Shown piece by piece: positions 9,606 through 19,480 of a stretch of 64,000 bases of DNA; the first letter of the stretch is position 1, and each line of letters begins with the position of its first letter. Origin of the DNA: Vulcanimicrobiota bacterium (lineage in GTDB: Bacteria > Vulcanimicrobiota > Vulcanimicrobiia > Vulcanimicrobiales > Vulcanimicrobiaceae); contig OY970223.1 in NCBI GenBank assembly GCA_963714015.1, forward strand, positions 1,472,001-1,536,000. The letters are read 5' to 3'. A program made the translations under genes and the position numbers. Below the pieces are notes generated by a model that saw only the letters and a list, made by a program, of their open reading frames with translations, was not told where the DNA came from and made no database searches.

Positions 9606-10438
9606 CGACCGCGCACACGTCCTGGGGTCCGCGTCTGGTTGCAAATCCGACCGGCGCGCTGCGAGCGGCGATCGCCGTGACGCCGCCGCCCGCGATAGAA
9701 CTGGCAAAGGCGTTGCCGGGCGAACCGGGTTCCGTTCACGCGCGTGCAGCATCGCAGCATGCGATCCTCGTCAAGATGCTGGAATATTTCGGCTGCACGG
9801 TAACCGTGCTCGATTCGCATTCCGCCGATCCCTTCGCGAGCTCGGTTGCCGACGCGGCGCTCGTCTTTGAGAACGGAGCGGTAATCTTGCGCCCGTCGTC
9901 GATGACGCGGCGGCCGCAGAGCGCTTGGCTCGAAGACCGTTTGCACGAGCTCGACGTACCGATTGCAGGGCACATCAGTGCGCCGGGCTTGCTCGATGGT
10001 ACCGACGTCTTGACGGCGGGAAATACGGCGTTCATCGGCATCGGCCGGCGCAGTAACGAACTGGCTCGTAGCGGCTTCAAGCAGATAGCGAAAGCCCACG
10101 GGTTTGAAACGTTGGAAGTAAAACTCGCGGACGGCGTGCCGTCGCTGCGCTCGGTCGCGGGCGTCCTCGCTGCGGATTCGCTGGTGCTCGCGCCTCCCGA
10201 TCTGCTCGATCACGCGGCGTTCAATGGATTCAAGACATTCGTCACCCCGCGCGGTCAGGAGCTCGGCGCAGGCGTTCTAAACATCGGCGAACATCACGTC
10301 ATCGCGGACGTGCGCTTTCGCAGCGTGAACCAGATGCTGCGTCGCGGCGGAATCGCCGTCGAGGCGCTGGACCTTTACGACTTCGATCGAATCGGTATTT
10401 CGGTTTCCATGCTCGTCGTCGATCTGAAACGCGTCTAG
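9602..10438 (+). CDS. Amidinotransferase/DDAH-fold protein with apparently lost catalytic residues
   Basis: RAASQH, VADAAL, RRPQS, LDGTDVL...FIGIGRRSNE pattern; catalytic His and Cys positions substituted. Confidence 0.72.
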   Translation: MTTAHTSWGPRLVANPTGALRAAIAVTPPPAIELAKALPGEPGSVHARAASQHAILVKMLEYFGCTVTVLDSHSADPFASSVADAALVFENGAVILRPSSMTRRPQSAWLEDRLHELDVPIAGHISAPGLLDGTDVLTAGNTAFIGIGRRSNELARSGFKQIAKAHGFETLEVKLADGVPSLRSVAGVLAADSLVLAPPDLLDHAAFNGFKTFVTPRGQELGAGVLNIGEHHVIADVRFRSVNQMLRRGGIAVEALDLYDFDRIGISVSMLVVDLKRV

Positions 10439-10452
10439 GAGTTCGCACGGGG

Positions 10453-11190
10453 TTGCGCATCGCAATACTGTCGGACATTCACGGCAATCTCGTCGGATTG
10501 GACGCGTGTTTGGCCGATCTGCAGCAGCAGGGAGGTGCCGACGCCGTCGTCGCCGCGGGCGACCTTTGCATGGACGGCCCTAAGCCGAAGAAAGTCTTGC
10601 AGCGGCTGCAAGAGATCGGCGCGCAATGCATCAAGGGCAACACGGACCGGTATCTAAGCGCGTCCGGGGAATCGGAAATGCACGGCGCCGAAGATTCGGA
10701 GCGTCCGCGCATCGCGTGGATTCGATCGGATTTAGGCGAGAAGTGGCTGACTTGGATGCGCGACCTGCCGTTCGCGCTGCGATTCGGCGAGGAAACGAAT
10801 CAGCTGCTCGTGGTTCATGCGAATCCGCTCGATGACGAAGAGCATCTTTGGCCCGATGCCGACGAACCGACCCTCGAGCGGCTGATCGGCAAGGAAAGGG
10901 CGAGCACGATCGCCTTCGGTCACCTGCACCTGCCTTACGTGCGCATTTGGCGTGCGAAAATGCTCGTCAACGTCTCTTCCGCCGGACTGCCCAAGGACGG
11001 TGATCCGCGCGCTTGCTATGCGATCCTCACGGAGCGTGACGGCGGCTGGGAAATCAAGCACCGCCGGGTCGCTTTCGACGTCAAGAAAGTTGCAACCCAA
11101 TTGGCCGATTGCGGGATTCCGGGGAGTGCGGAACTCATCACCACCCTTCGCCGCCACCGGTACAAACGATTAAAGAATCTCATTCCCTAA
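10453..11190 (+). CDS. Calcineurin-like metallophosphoesterase (YfcE/YPO family)
   Basis: SDIHGN, GDL, KGNTD, VVHANP, FGHLHLP, GLPKDGDPRACY. Confidence 0.88.
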   Translation: MRIAILSDIHGNLVGLDACLADLQQQGGADAVVAAGDLCMDGPKPKKVLQRLQEIGAQCIKGNTDRYLSASGESEMHGAEDSERPRIAWIRSDLGEKWLTWMRDLPFALRFGEETNQLLVVHANPLDDEEHLWPDADEPTLERLIGKERASTIAFGHLHLPYVRIWRAKMLVNVSSAGLPKDGDPRACYAILTERDGGWEIKHRRVAFDVKKVATQLADCGIPGSAELITTLRRHRYKRLKNLIP

Positions 11191-11219
11191 ACGGAGCAAT
11201 CCGCGCCGGCGACGCTGCA

Positions 11220-11936
11220 GTGCCGGCGATCGACCTCGCGCACGTTCTCAAACGCTACGGACGATTCACGGCGGTCGACGACGTCTCGCTGCGCGTGAAT
11301 GCCGGCGACTTTTTCGGCTTTCTCGGGCCTAACGGCGCGGGCAAGACGACGACGATCAACGCCATCGTCGGCCTCGCCCGCATGAATTCAGGCTCCATCA
11401 AAATCCACGGCTACGACAACCTCACGCAGTGGCGCGAAGCGCGCCGCCTGGTGGGACTGGCGCCTCAAGAATACAATTTCGACCGCTACCTCTCCATCCG
11501 CGACATCCTGATCTATCAGGCCGGATACTTCGGCTTGCGGCCCAGAGAAGTCGCCGACCGCGCCGATATGCTTCTGGACCGCTTTGGTTTGGCGTCCAAG
11601 GCGAAGCAGGATTACATGAAGCTCTCGGGCGGCATGAAGCGCCGTCTCACGCTCGCGCGCGCGCTCATCCATTCGCCCAAGCTCTTGATTCTCGACGAAC
11701 CCACGGCGGGCGTGGACGTCGAACTGCGTCTCGAACTTTGGGATCTGCTGCGCGAATTGAACGGCGACGGCATGACGGTCTTTTTGACGACGCATTATCT
11801 GGAAGAAGCGGAGGCGCTTTGCCGCAACGTCGGCATCATCCGGGCGGGCAAGTTGGTCGCGCTCGAGCCCATGCAAGATCTGCTGGCGCGCGAAGGTAAG
11901 CGGCTGCAAGAGGTCTTTTTGGAGCTCACGCGATGA
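11220..11936 (+). CDS. ABC-2 exporter ATP-binding subunit
   Basis: GPNGAGKTT, LSGGMKRR, ILDEPT, TTHY; start chosen at GTG 11220 (uncertain). Confidence 0.9.
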   Translation: MPAIDLAHVLKRYGRFTAVDDVSLRVNAGDFFGFLGPNGAGKTTTINAIVGLARMNSGSIKIHGYDNLTQWREARRLVGLAPQEYNFDRYLSIRDILIYQAGYFGLRPREVADRADMLLDRFGLASKAKQDYMKLSGGMKRRLTLARALIHSPKLLILDEPTAGVDVELRLELWDLLRELNGDGMTVFLTTHYLEEAEALCRNVGIIRAGKLVALEPMQDLLAREGKRLQEVFLELTR

Positions 11937-12713
11937 TCGCGGCAGATCGTTTCAATGCCGTAGGGATGCTCACGCTGATCAAGCGTGAAATGGTACGCAG
12001 CCTGAAGATCATCAACCAGGTGATCTGGCCGCCGATCATCACGACGCTGCTTTACGTCTTCGTCTTCGGCGTTTCGCTGGGCGGACGAATCCGGATGGAT
12101 CCCGGCACCAGTTACGCGGAGTTCCTGATTCCCGGACTCATCATGCTCCAGGTCATCGACTCGTCGTACGGTGAGTGCAGCAGCTCGCTGTTCCAAGGCC
12201 GTTTCATGAACTCCATCCAGGAGATCCTCATCGCTCCGATGTCGGCCGGCGAGATGGTGTTCGGGTACATTTTAGGAAGTCTTGACTCGCGCGCTCCTCA
12301 TCGCCAACATGATCATGCTGCTCGGGTGGGCACTGGTGCACGCGCTGCCGAGCGAATGGGGACTGTATTTCGGCATCATCGTGGTCGTGTCGCTGCTGTT
12401 TTCGGCACTCGGGGTCGTCTTCGGACTGCTTGCGGAAAAGTTCGATCATCTCGCCGTTCTGACCACCTTCGCCATAACGCCGCTCGTCTTCGTCGGCAGT
12501 GCCTTCACGCCGGCGCACTTTCTTTCGGGCGCGATTCTGCGCTTCGAATACGTCAATCCGATGTTCTATGCGATCGACGCGTTCCGGCATAGTTACACTG
12601 GACAAAGCTATTTGCCGCTCGGGCTATCCGTCGCGGTGCTCGCCGGGCTGATGGCGATCGCCCTCGGTACGGCGCTGCGAATGGCGATTATCGGCTACAA
12701 ACTGCGCACTTAA
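11933..12713 (+). CDS. ABC-2 permease (YadH-like), split by a +1 frameshift near 12283
   Basis: ORF 11933..12592 (PGLIM, SIQEILIAPMS) continues in the frame of ORF 12282..12713 (NPMFYAIDAFR). Confidence 0.85.
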
Positions 12714-12724
12714 GAGAGGATCGT

Positions 12725-13066
12725 ATGCTGCTGCTATCCGTCGTACTCGCACTATCGCCATGGAAGGGTCATTTGCCGCCCGCGGCGACCCAGGGTACCG
12801 CTGCGTATAAGCTGACTGTCCACGGTGAGCCGAATCAGGACCTGCAGTTGAGGGCCGAGGGCGTTCCGCAGGGATGGATAGCGTCGTTTTGCACCGGCGA
12901 GCTCTGCTCTCCGATGCGCTACTCGATGCATTTGAACGCGCGTGGTGCCGGCAGCGTGGAGTTTCAAGCGATTCGCTTGGATGACGGCGCCGCTAAACAC
13001 GCCCGAGTCGTGGTGAGATCCGATAAAGGCGGTTCCGCCGCCGTTGCAGTTACCGATCGCCGGTAA
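12725..13066 (+). CDS. Small secreted hypothetical protein
   Basis: SD GAGAGGA, hydrophobic N-terminus, GWIASFCTGELCSP. Confidence 0.65.
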   Translation: MLLLSVVLALSPWKGHLPPAATQGTAAYKLTVHGEPNQDLQLRAEGVPQGWIASFCTGELCSPMRYSMHLNARGAGSVEFQAIRLDDGAAKHARVVVRSDKGGSAAVAVTDRR

Positions 13067-13880
13067 TAAAAGGGTTGTGCGCCTTCTCCCAGCCGACTTT
13101 GCTGGGAGGTCCGTGCCCCGGCATCAGCACGGTGTCGTCGGGCAGCGTAAAGATCTTCGAGCGCACGCTGTTCAAGATGTCGTCGTAGGTACTGGCGTCG
13201 CCGTACGCACCGCCGACGCTTCCGGCAAAGAGCGTATCGCCGGTGAATAGCGTCGATTTGAAGAGGAACGATGATGAACCGTCGGTGTGTCCGGGCGTGT
13301 GGAGCAGGCGAATCCGGACGTCGCCGAACGGAAGCTCCTCTTCATCCTTGACGAGCAGCGCGCCTTTACCGGCGCTGCCGATTGCGTGCACGTCGGCTTT
13401 GTGCATGACGATCTTCGCGTGCGGAAAATTTCGCGCAATCTCAGCGGTCGCGTCGCAGTGATCGGCGTGTTTGTGCGTGACCAGCAGATACTCGAGATGG
13501 TACTGCCCTTGGGCGAGCATGCGAAGCAAGTTTCCCGGAATGCCCGCGGGGTCGACGAGTGCGGCCCGCTTGCCGCCGTCTAAAAAGAATATGTAACCGT
13601 TGCTGGGATGCGGATCGTGCGGGTGGTGCCGGACATCCGTAACGGAGATAGGATCGGGTTGCCAGCGCTGCGCCGCGGCGTCCGCAAACTTTCCGGGATC
13701 CAGCCGTAGGGCGCGCGCCATTTCGCGCGCTTCATCGTCGTCAGGCGCGCCGCGGCCTTTCGTCCATTGTGAAATGCGCTCGGCCTCGATATTGCATGCG
13801 CGGGCAAGCGCGGGGATGCTCGTGCGCGTGCCGCGGAGCGCCTTGCTCAGAACGTCGGCGAATTCGTCTTCCAGCGCCAC
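13050..13880 (-). CDS. MBL-fold hydrolase (glyoxalase II-like) with N-terminal HTH-like domain
   Basis: THKHADH, HTPGHT, FTGDTLF, PGHGP, EKAHNPF; N-terminus SIPALARACNIEAERISQWTKG. Confidence 0.85.
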   Translation of the reverse strand: MALEDEFADVLSKALRGTRTSIPALARACNIEAERISQWTKGRGAPDDDEAREMARALRLDPGKFADAAAQRWQPDPISVTDVRHHPHDPHPSNGYIFFLDGGKRAALVDPAGIPGNLLRMLAQGQYHLEYLLVTHKHADHCDATAEIARNFPHAKIVMHKADVHAIGSAGKGALLVKDEEELPFGDVRIRLLHTPGHTDGSSSFLFKSTLFTGDTLFAGSVGGAYGDASTYDDILNSVRSKIFTLPDDTVLMPGHGPPSKVGWEKAHNPFITGDR

Positions 13881-13958
13881 GCAGAGCCGTTTGCACAGTG
13901 GCCGCGCCGGGCCTGCGATGCAACCGGAAGCCCGGACGGCCGGGTCGAAGCCCATGCC

Positions 13959-14897
13959 ATGGAACGCCTCCTCATCATCGGTTCGGGACCCGCCGGGCTG
14001 ACCGCCGCAGTATATGCGGCGCGCGCAAATCTTTCGCCCCTGGTCCTTGCCGGAGGAATGTACGGCGGTCAGCTGATGCTGACTACCGAGGTCGAGAATT
14101 ATCCGGGATTCCCCGAGGGCATCATGGGGCCGGAATTGATGATGAAGTTTCGCGAGCAGGCCGAACGGTTCGGTGCACGCATCGAAAATGTCGACGCCGT
14201 AGGCGTCGATTTCACGAAGCGCCCGCTGGTCGTGCGGACCGCCGACGCCGAATACGCCGCTCGCAGCATTATCGTAGCCACCGGTGCGAGCGCGCGCTGG
14301 CTAAACATTCCGGGCGAAGAGCACTTACGCGGACGCGGCGTATCGACGTGCGCCACTTGCGACGGTGCGTTTTTCCGCGACAAACACATTGTGGTCGTCG
14401 GCGGCGGTGACTCGGCGATGGAAGAGGCGCTGTTCTTGACGCGCTTCGGGCGCAAAGTAACCGTCATTCACCGCCGGGATCACTTGCGCGCCAGTAAAAT
14501 CATGGCCGATCGCGCGACTGCCCACGGCAAGATCGGGTTCGTCTGGAATACGGTCGTCGAAGAAGCAGTCGGCGAAGGTCACTTGCGCGCCTTACGGCTG
14601 CGCAACCTGGCCGACGGATCGCGCACCGAATTCGCGGCCGATGCGCTCTTCATCGCCATCGGCCACGATCCGAATACCGGCATTTTTCGCGGTCAGCTCG
14701 ATCTGGACAAGGCCGGCTACATCATCTCGCCCGACGGTACCGCGACGAACGTCGAAGGGGTCTTCGTTGCGGGAGACGTCTACGACATCAGGTATAAACA
14801 GGCGGTTACCGCCGCAGGCTCGGGATGCAGAGCGGCGATGGACGCGGAGAAGTACTTGGAGGCACTCGAGTTTCCGATGGAAGAGGCAATTGCCTGA
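13959..14897 (+). CDS. trxB: Thioredoxin reductase
   Basis: IIGSGPAGLTAA, CATCDG, GGGDSAMEEA, HRRD, AGD, QAVTAAGSG. Confidence 0.96.
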   Translation: MERLLIIGSGPAGLTAAVYAARANLSPLVLAGGMYGGQLMLTTEVENYPGFPEGIMGPELMMKFREQAERFGARIENVDAVGVDFTKRPLVVRTADAEYAARSIIVATGASARWLNIPGEEHLRGRGVSTCATCDGAFFRDKHIVVVGGGDSAMEEALFLTRFGRKVTVIHRRDHLRASKIMADRATAHGKIGFVWNTVVEEAVGEGHLRALRLRNLADGSRTEFAADALFIAIGHDPNTGIFRGQLDLDKAGYIISPDGTATNVEGVFVAGDVYDIRYKQAVTAAGSGCRAAMDAEKYLEALEFPMEEAIA

Positions 14898-15012
14898 GCG
14901 CGAATTGCAAAGAAAGGTGGAAGTCTCAGCAAGGCGTCCGGATCGATCGAACGCGCATGGAATGGACATTAACGCAGAAGGAACCCGAGTAACGGGCCTT
15001 TTCGCGTCTCTT

Positions 15013-15363
15013 TTAAGCTCCGGAACAGATAGTACTTCGCTCTGCGCTGCTTAAGCTCCGTATAGCCGGAAACAGGTGATTGTCTAGTGTAATTGCGCCG
15101 GTAAGGGCGTAACCTCCGGCCGATAGCGTACTGCGCTGTGCGTTTGTAACACGTTGCTTGAATAGCGGCCCCATCTGTCGTGTAGAAGGCTTACATCCTG
15201 CCCACGTGTATGCGACGATCAGTTCATCGCGAGAGATTCGTCGAATACTCCGAATGCGCATTATGGCTTCCAGGGCATTGGTAAACGACGTAGTGGTGTA
15301 CCGCATTGCTGCTCCCCCGGAGGCAGCGGCAGCGATAGAGAGCCCAAGGGATGCCAGAAGCAT
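15013..15363 (-). CDS. Possible orphan membrane/secreted protein in a visibly lower-GC intergenic segment
   Basis: 116-aa ORF with hydrophobic N-terminus; no recognisable motif. Confidence 0.3.
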   Translation of the reverse strand: MLLASLGLSIAAAASGGAAMRYTTTSFTNALEAIMRIRSIRRISRDELIVAYTWAGCKPSTRQMGPLFKQRVTNAQRSTLSAGGYALTGAITLDNHLFPAIRSLSSAERSTICSGA

Positions 15364-15485
15364 CGCTGCGCCGGCTACCAGTCCTTTGATCTGTTCGCTC
15401 CGGTTCTCTCACGTTCCACAGAAGCAATACACCGCAGCATTGCGGCAAAGCTTCATCGGCGCACGCGCCATTTGAGTGAGAACGC

Positions 15486-16811
15486 CTAGACGCATGCGTT
15501 GGAGCCGACAATCGCCTCCAGATCGGCGATCGACTTGGGAATATCCGCCGTCAGATTTTCGTTGCCGCCGTGCGTCACGAGAATGTCGTCCTCGATCCTG
15601 ATTCCGATGCCTTTAAAGCGCTCGTCGCACGAAAGATCGTCGTTAACGTAGATGCCGGGTTCCACCGTCGTTACCATCCCGGGTTCGAACAAGCGGTGTA
15701 AATCGTTGTCGTCGCGGTACCTCCCGGCATCGTGAACGTCCAATCCGAGCCAGTGACCGCTGCCGTGCATGTAATAATCGCGGTAGCGGCCCGTTTCGAT
15801 GTTTTCGTCGACGGTGCCCGAGAGAAGGCCCACATCCACGAGGCCTTCGACGATGGTTCGAACGCAAGCGTTGTGAAAATCCCGGCACGAGACGCCCGGC
15901 CGCACACAGTCGATTCCGGCAAGTTGAGCATCGAGCACGATCTCGTAAAGCGCGCGTTGTTCGGCGGTGAAGCGGCCGTCAACCGGCCACGTCCGCGTGA
16001 CGTCGGATGCGTAGCACTCGAACTCCGCGCCGCTGTCGACCAAAAGGAGATCGCCCGCCCTCAGTTCGTCGCGCACGGTCGTGTAGTGCAGGGTCGTGGC
16101 GTTCGCGCCGCCGGCGACGATCGACGTATAGGCAGGCGTGGCGCCGGCGCGCTGGTACTCGTACTCGATGAGCGCTTCGATTTCGTATTCACGCAAACCG
16201 GGGCGCGTCGAAGTCATCGCCGCCCGGTGACCCGCGGCGGTTATCAAAGCGCCGCGGCGCATGATCTCGATCTCGGCGGTATCCTTTCGCAGCCGCATCT
16301 CGTGCAGCACGATGCCGGGATCGGCGATGAAGTTTGGGGCGCGCCCCGCCCGGCGCGAGCGTTCGCGCGCCGCTTCCAGAACGCTTTGCATGCGCCGGTC
16401 GAACGCTTCGTCGCGGCCGATTCCATAGTAAAGCGCATCGATGCTGCATAAGTATTCCGGCAGCCGCGCATCTATTTCGTCAATGGGGAAAGCCGCGTCT
16501 ATGCCGAGCGTTTCGCACGCACCCTCTACGCCGAGCCGCCGGCCGTTCCAGATTTCGTGCGCCCGGTCGTTGGGATGCAAAAAGAGCACGCTCCGTTCGC
16601 ATTCGTGCTGCGGAGCGAGCACCAAGACCGCATCCGGTTCGTTAAAGCCCGTAAGATAATAAAAGTCCGAATCCTGGCGGAATTCGTATTCGGAATCGCC
16701 GTTGCGCAGCCGCAGATGTGCCGCCGGTATGACGGCAGCGGCCTTGCCGAGTTGGGCACAGGCGCGCGCCCGCCGGCCGCTGTACAGGCGCATGTTCGCG
16801 GGTTCTTTCAT
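15486..16811 (-). CDS. pepP: Xaa-Pro aminopeptidase
   Basis: FRQDSDFYYLTG, DSGAE, YASDVTRT, HGSGHWLGLDVHD, TVEPGIY, GIRIEDD. Confidence 0.94.
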   Translation of the reverse strand: MKEPANMRLYSGRRARACAQLGKAAAVIPAAHLRLRNGDSEYEFRQDSDFYYLTGFNEPDAVLVLAPQHECERSVLFLHPNDRAHEIWNGRRLGVEGACETLGIDAAFPIDEIDARLPEYLCSIDALYYGIGRDEAFDRRMQSVLEAARERSRRAGRAPNFIADPGIVLHEMRLRKDTAEIEIMRRGALITAAGHRAAMTSTRPGLREYEIEALIEYEYQRAGATPAYTSIVAGGANATTLHYTTVRDELRAGDLLLVDSGAEFECYASDVTRTWPVDGRFTAEQRALYEIVLDAQLAGIDCVRPGVSCRDFHNACVRTIVEGLVDVGLLSGTVDENIETGRYRDYYMHGSGHWLGLDVHDAGRYRDDNDLHRLFEPGMVTTVEPGIYVNDDLSCDERFKGIGIRIEDDILVTHGGNENLTADIPKSIADLEAIVGSNACV

Positions 16812-16818
16812 CGCTGCG

Positions 16819-17838
16819 CTACGATATTTGGTTGTAGTCGCGCTCGGCCTTCTTTCCGAGCGCCGTGAGAACGGATTCGGATATCGCGGACGCGCTTTGG
16901 TGACCCCGCGCTCGCCCGGCGGCGATTCCTCCGTTCGCAGGAAGAAGCCGCACCGCCAGCGCGCAGGCCCGGCTCACCATTCGGGGCGCTACGCCTTGCG
17001 CGAGCGCCAGCAGTTTTGCCGGCAGCGAGATGACGATCTCCGGCTCACCACGCAGGGCCGCATCGACAACCGCGCGAGCCGCGCTGCCGGCTGCAACCGA
17101 TGCTCCCGGCAGCGTCCCTGACAGCTTGAACCACGCGTACTCTTTGCGATGCTGTGCCTTGAACCAGGCGTTGCGAGGGCTTCCCGTGCGCATGAGTCCC
17201 GGACAGACCGTCGTAACGAAAATATTTTCCGCTCGCAGCTCCGCGCGAAGTCCTTCGGAGTATCCGACTGCCGCGAACTTGCTCGCGCAATACGGCAAGA
17301 GATGCGGAACGCTGACCTTGCCGCCGATCGAGGTAACGTTCACGATCCGGCCGCCTCGCTGACGCCGGAAAATCTCGAGCACCGCTTCCACGGCGTGGTA
17401 CATGCCCCAGAAGTGCGTATTCATCGCATCTTCATAATCGGCGCGGGTCATTGCCGCCGCCGGACCGACGGCGATCGTGCCGGCGTTGTTTACGAGAAGG
17501 TCGATCCGTCCGAGTTCGTCGTACGCGCGGGCGATCGCGCCGCGTACGTCGTCCTCGTTACGGACGTCGCAGACTAGGGTGAGCACGCGCGTTCCCAAGC
17601 CGCGCAGCCGTTCTGCCGCCGCCTCCAACGTTTTTGGATCGCGTCCGCAAATCGCGAGGGCGGCGCCGCGGCGCGCGCACTCGATTGCAATAGCCAAGCC
17701 TAACCCGCGCGAAGCGCCGGTGATAAACGCAACGCGGCCGTCGAGGCGCTGCTTGCGTGCTAGGCGAACCGCCGCGCGAAGCGCGGCACCCGTTGCGGCA
17801 GCGCATACCGCGGCGGCGACTATTCTTCGATCCAGCAT
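16819..17838 (-). CDS. Short-chain dehydrogenase/reductase
   Basis: TGASRGLG, NNAG, YCASK, VCPGLMRTGS. Confidence 0.9.
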   Translation of the reverse strand: MLDRRIVAAAVCAAATGAALRAAVRLARKQRLDGRVAFITGASRGLGLAIAIECARRGAALAICGRDPKTLEAAAERLRGLGTRVLTLVCDVRNEDDVRGAIARAYDELGRIDLLVNNAGTIAVGPAAAMTRADYEDAMNTHFWGMYHAVEAVLEIFRRQRGGRIVNVTSIGGKVSVPHLLPYCASKFAAVGYSEGLRAELRAENIFVTTVCPGLMRTGSPRNAWFKAQHRKEYAWFKLSGTLPGASVAAGSAARAVVDAALRGEPEIVISLPAKLLALAQGVAPRMVSRACALAVRLLPANGGIAAGRARGHQSASAISESVLTALGKKAERDYNQIS

Positions 17839-17873
17839 GGTGTGAGCTACCCATTCCAGGGAAAACAACCGGC

Positions 17874-18248
17874 GTGAACGAGCGAAATACGACTACGGTC
17901 AAACTCTTGGCTGCCGGTGCGGCGGCAGGGCTCACGCTTACTTACATTGCGCGAGCATCGCGGGCGCGCATGCGCAAGCCGATAATGCAAGCGGCGACCG
18001 TTGTGGCGCCGCGCGGGCGCGTCGAAAGCTTCATCGAGTCGCGCGAACGGATGCTGGATGCGCTTCAATCCAAAAACCTCTATGCGAACATCGAACGGCT
18101 GGAGCTGCGCGACGCTCCGAGCGACCGCGGCACGGAGATCTGTCTGACGATGCGCGGCGTCGGCAAGTATGCCGTCAAAGATATCTTACGGCGCGCCAAG
18201 GCACTGATCGAGTGCGGCGAGATTCCCACCGGGAGGCGATACGCATGA
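17874..18248 (+). CDS. Hypothetical protein resembling a shortened SRPBCC/cyclase-like protein
   Basis: DAPSDRGTEI and C-terminal LRRAKALIECGEIPT resemble SRPBCC proteins that precede FDH-like genes; ATGA-coupled to the next gene. Confidence 0.55.
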   Translation: MNERNTTTVKLLAAGAAAGLTLTYIARASRARMRKPIMQAATVVAPRGRVESFIESRERMLDALQSKNLYANIERLELRDAPSDRGTEICLTMRGVGKYAVKDILRRAKALIECGEIPTGRRYA

Positions 18249-19471
18249 AAGCCGTCGTTTGGAACGGCGTCCACGACGTTCGCGTCGAGGGCGTCAAAGA
18301 CCCGGAACTGCTCAACCCGCGCGATGCGATTCTTCGCGTGACCGCAACTGCGATCTGCGGGTCCGATTTGCATCTCTACAACGGGTTCATGCCGACCATG
18401 CAGCCCGGCGACATTCTCGGGCACGAGTTCATGGGCATCGTTGAAGAGGTGGGGCCGTCGGTACGGAATCTCCGCCCCGGCGATCGCGTCGTCGTGCCGT
18501 TCAACATCGCATGCGGCAACTGCGAACCATGCATGCGCGAGCGCTGGTCGCTATGCGACAACTCCAATCCGAACGCGTCGATTCCCGAACGCCTCTACGG
18601 CTATTCTTGCGGAGGACTGTTCGGCTATTCGCACATGTTCGGCGGCTATTCCGGCGGTCAAGCGGAGTTCGTTCGCGTGCCCTTCGCGGACGTCGGTCCG
18701 CTGAAAGTGCCTGACTCGCTCGAGGACGACGAAGCCTTGTTTTTAAGCGACATCTTTCCGACCGGATACATGGCTGCGGAAAATTGCGACATTCAGTCGG
18801 GCGACGTCGTCGCGGTCTGGGGATGCGGACCAGTCGGACAGTTCGCCATTCGCAGCGCAGTTCTCATGGGCGCCGACGTCATCGCAATCGATCGCATTCC
18901 GGTGCGGTTGGACATGGCTCAGGCGGGAGGCGCGCGCACGCTCAACTTCGATGAAGTAAACGTTCTCGAAGCCCTTCACGAAATGACGGGCGGCCGGGGA
19001 CCGGACGCATGCATCGACTGCGTGGGCATGGAAGCGCACGGTGTAACGCCCGACGCCATTGCCGACAAAGCCAAACAAACGGTTCGCCTGCAATTCGATC
19101 GGGCGCACGTCTTTCGTCTGGCCACTCAGGCCATAGGCAAGGGGGGCACGCTTTCGGTCCCGGGCGTTTACGGCGGATTCATCGACAAGATCCCGATGGG
19201 GACGATCTTCGAAAAAGGCTTGCAGATTCGCACGGGCCAGACGCACACGCATCGGTATCTGCGCCCGCTGATGGCGCTGATACGCGAGCGGAAAATCGAT
19301 CCGTCGTTCGTGATCACTCACCGCGGTACGCTGGACGACGCCCCGAATTACTATGCCCTGATGGCCAAACATCGCGACGACTTCGTCAAGTCGGTGCTGG
19401 CTCCGGGCGTCGAGGCCTACCGGGCCGGTAACCGAGCGGGAAGCGAGGAATTGGAGTTTAGCCGCCGGTAA
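18245..19471 (+). CDS. Zinc-dependent alcohol/formaldehyde dehydrogenase (FDH-like MDR)
   Basis: ICGSDLH, GHEFMG, CGNCEPC...C, LSDIFPTG, GCGPVG. Confidence 0.92.
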   Translation: MKAVVWNGVHDVRVEGVKDPELLNPRDAILRVTATAICGSDLHLYNGFMPTMQPGDILGHEFMGIVEEVGPSVRNLRPGDRVVVPFNIACGNCEPCMRERWSLCDNSNPNASIPERLYGYSCGGLFGYSHMFGGYSGGQAEFVRVPFADVGPLKVPDSLEDDEALFLSDIFPTGYMAAENCDIQSGDVVAVWGCGPVGQFAIRSAVLMGADVIAIDRIPVRLDMAQAGGARTLNFDEVNVLEALHEMTGGRGPDACIDCVGMEAHGVTPDAIADKAKQTVRLQFDRAHVFRLATQAIGKGGTLSVPGVYGGFIDKIPMGTIFEKGLQIRTGQTHTHRYLRPLMALIRERKIDPSFVITHRGTLDDAPNYYALMAKHRDDFVKSVLAPGVEAYRAGNRAGSEELEFSRR

Positions 19472-19480
19472 TCGGCACGA

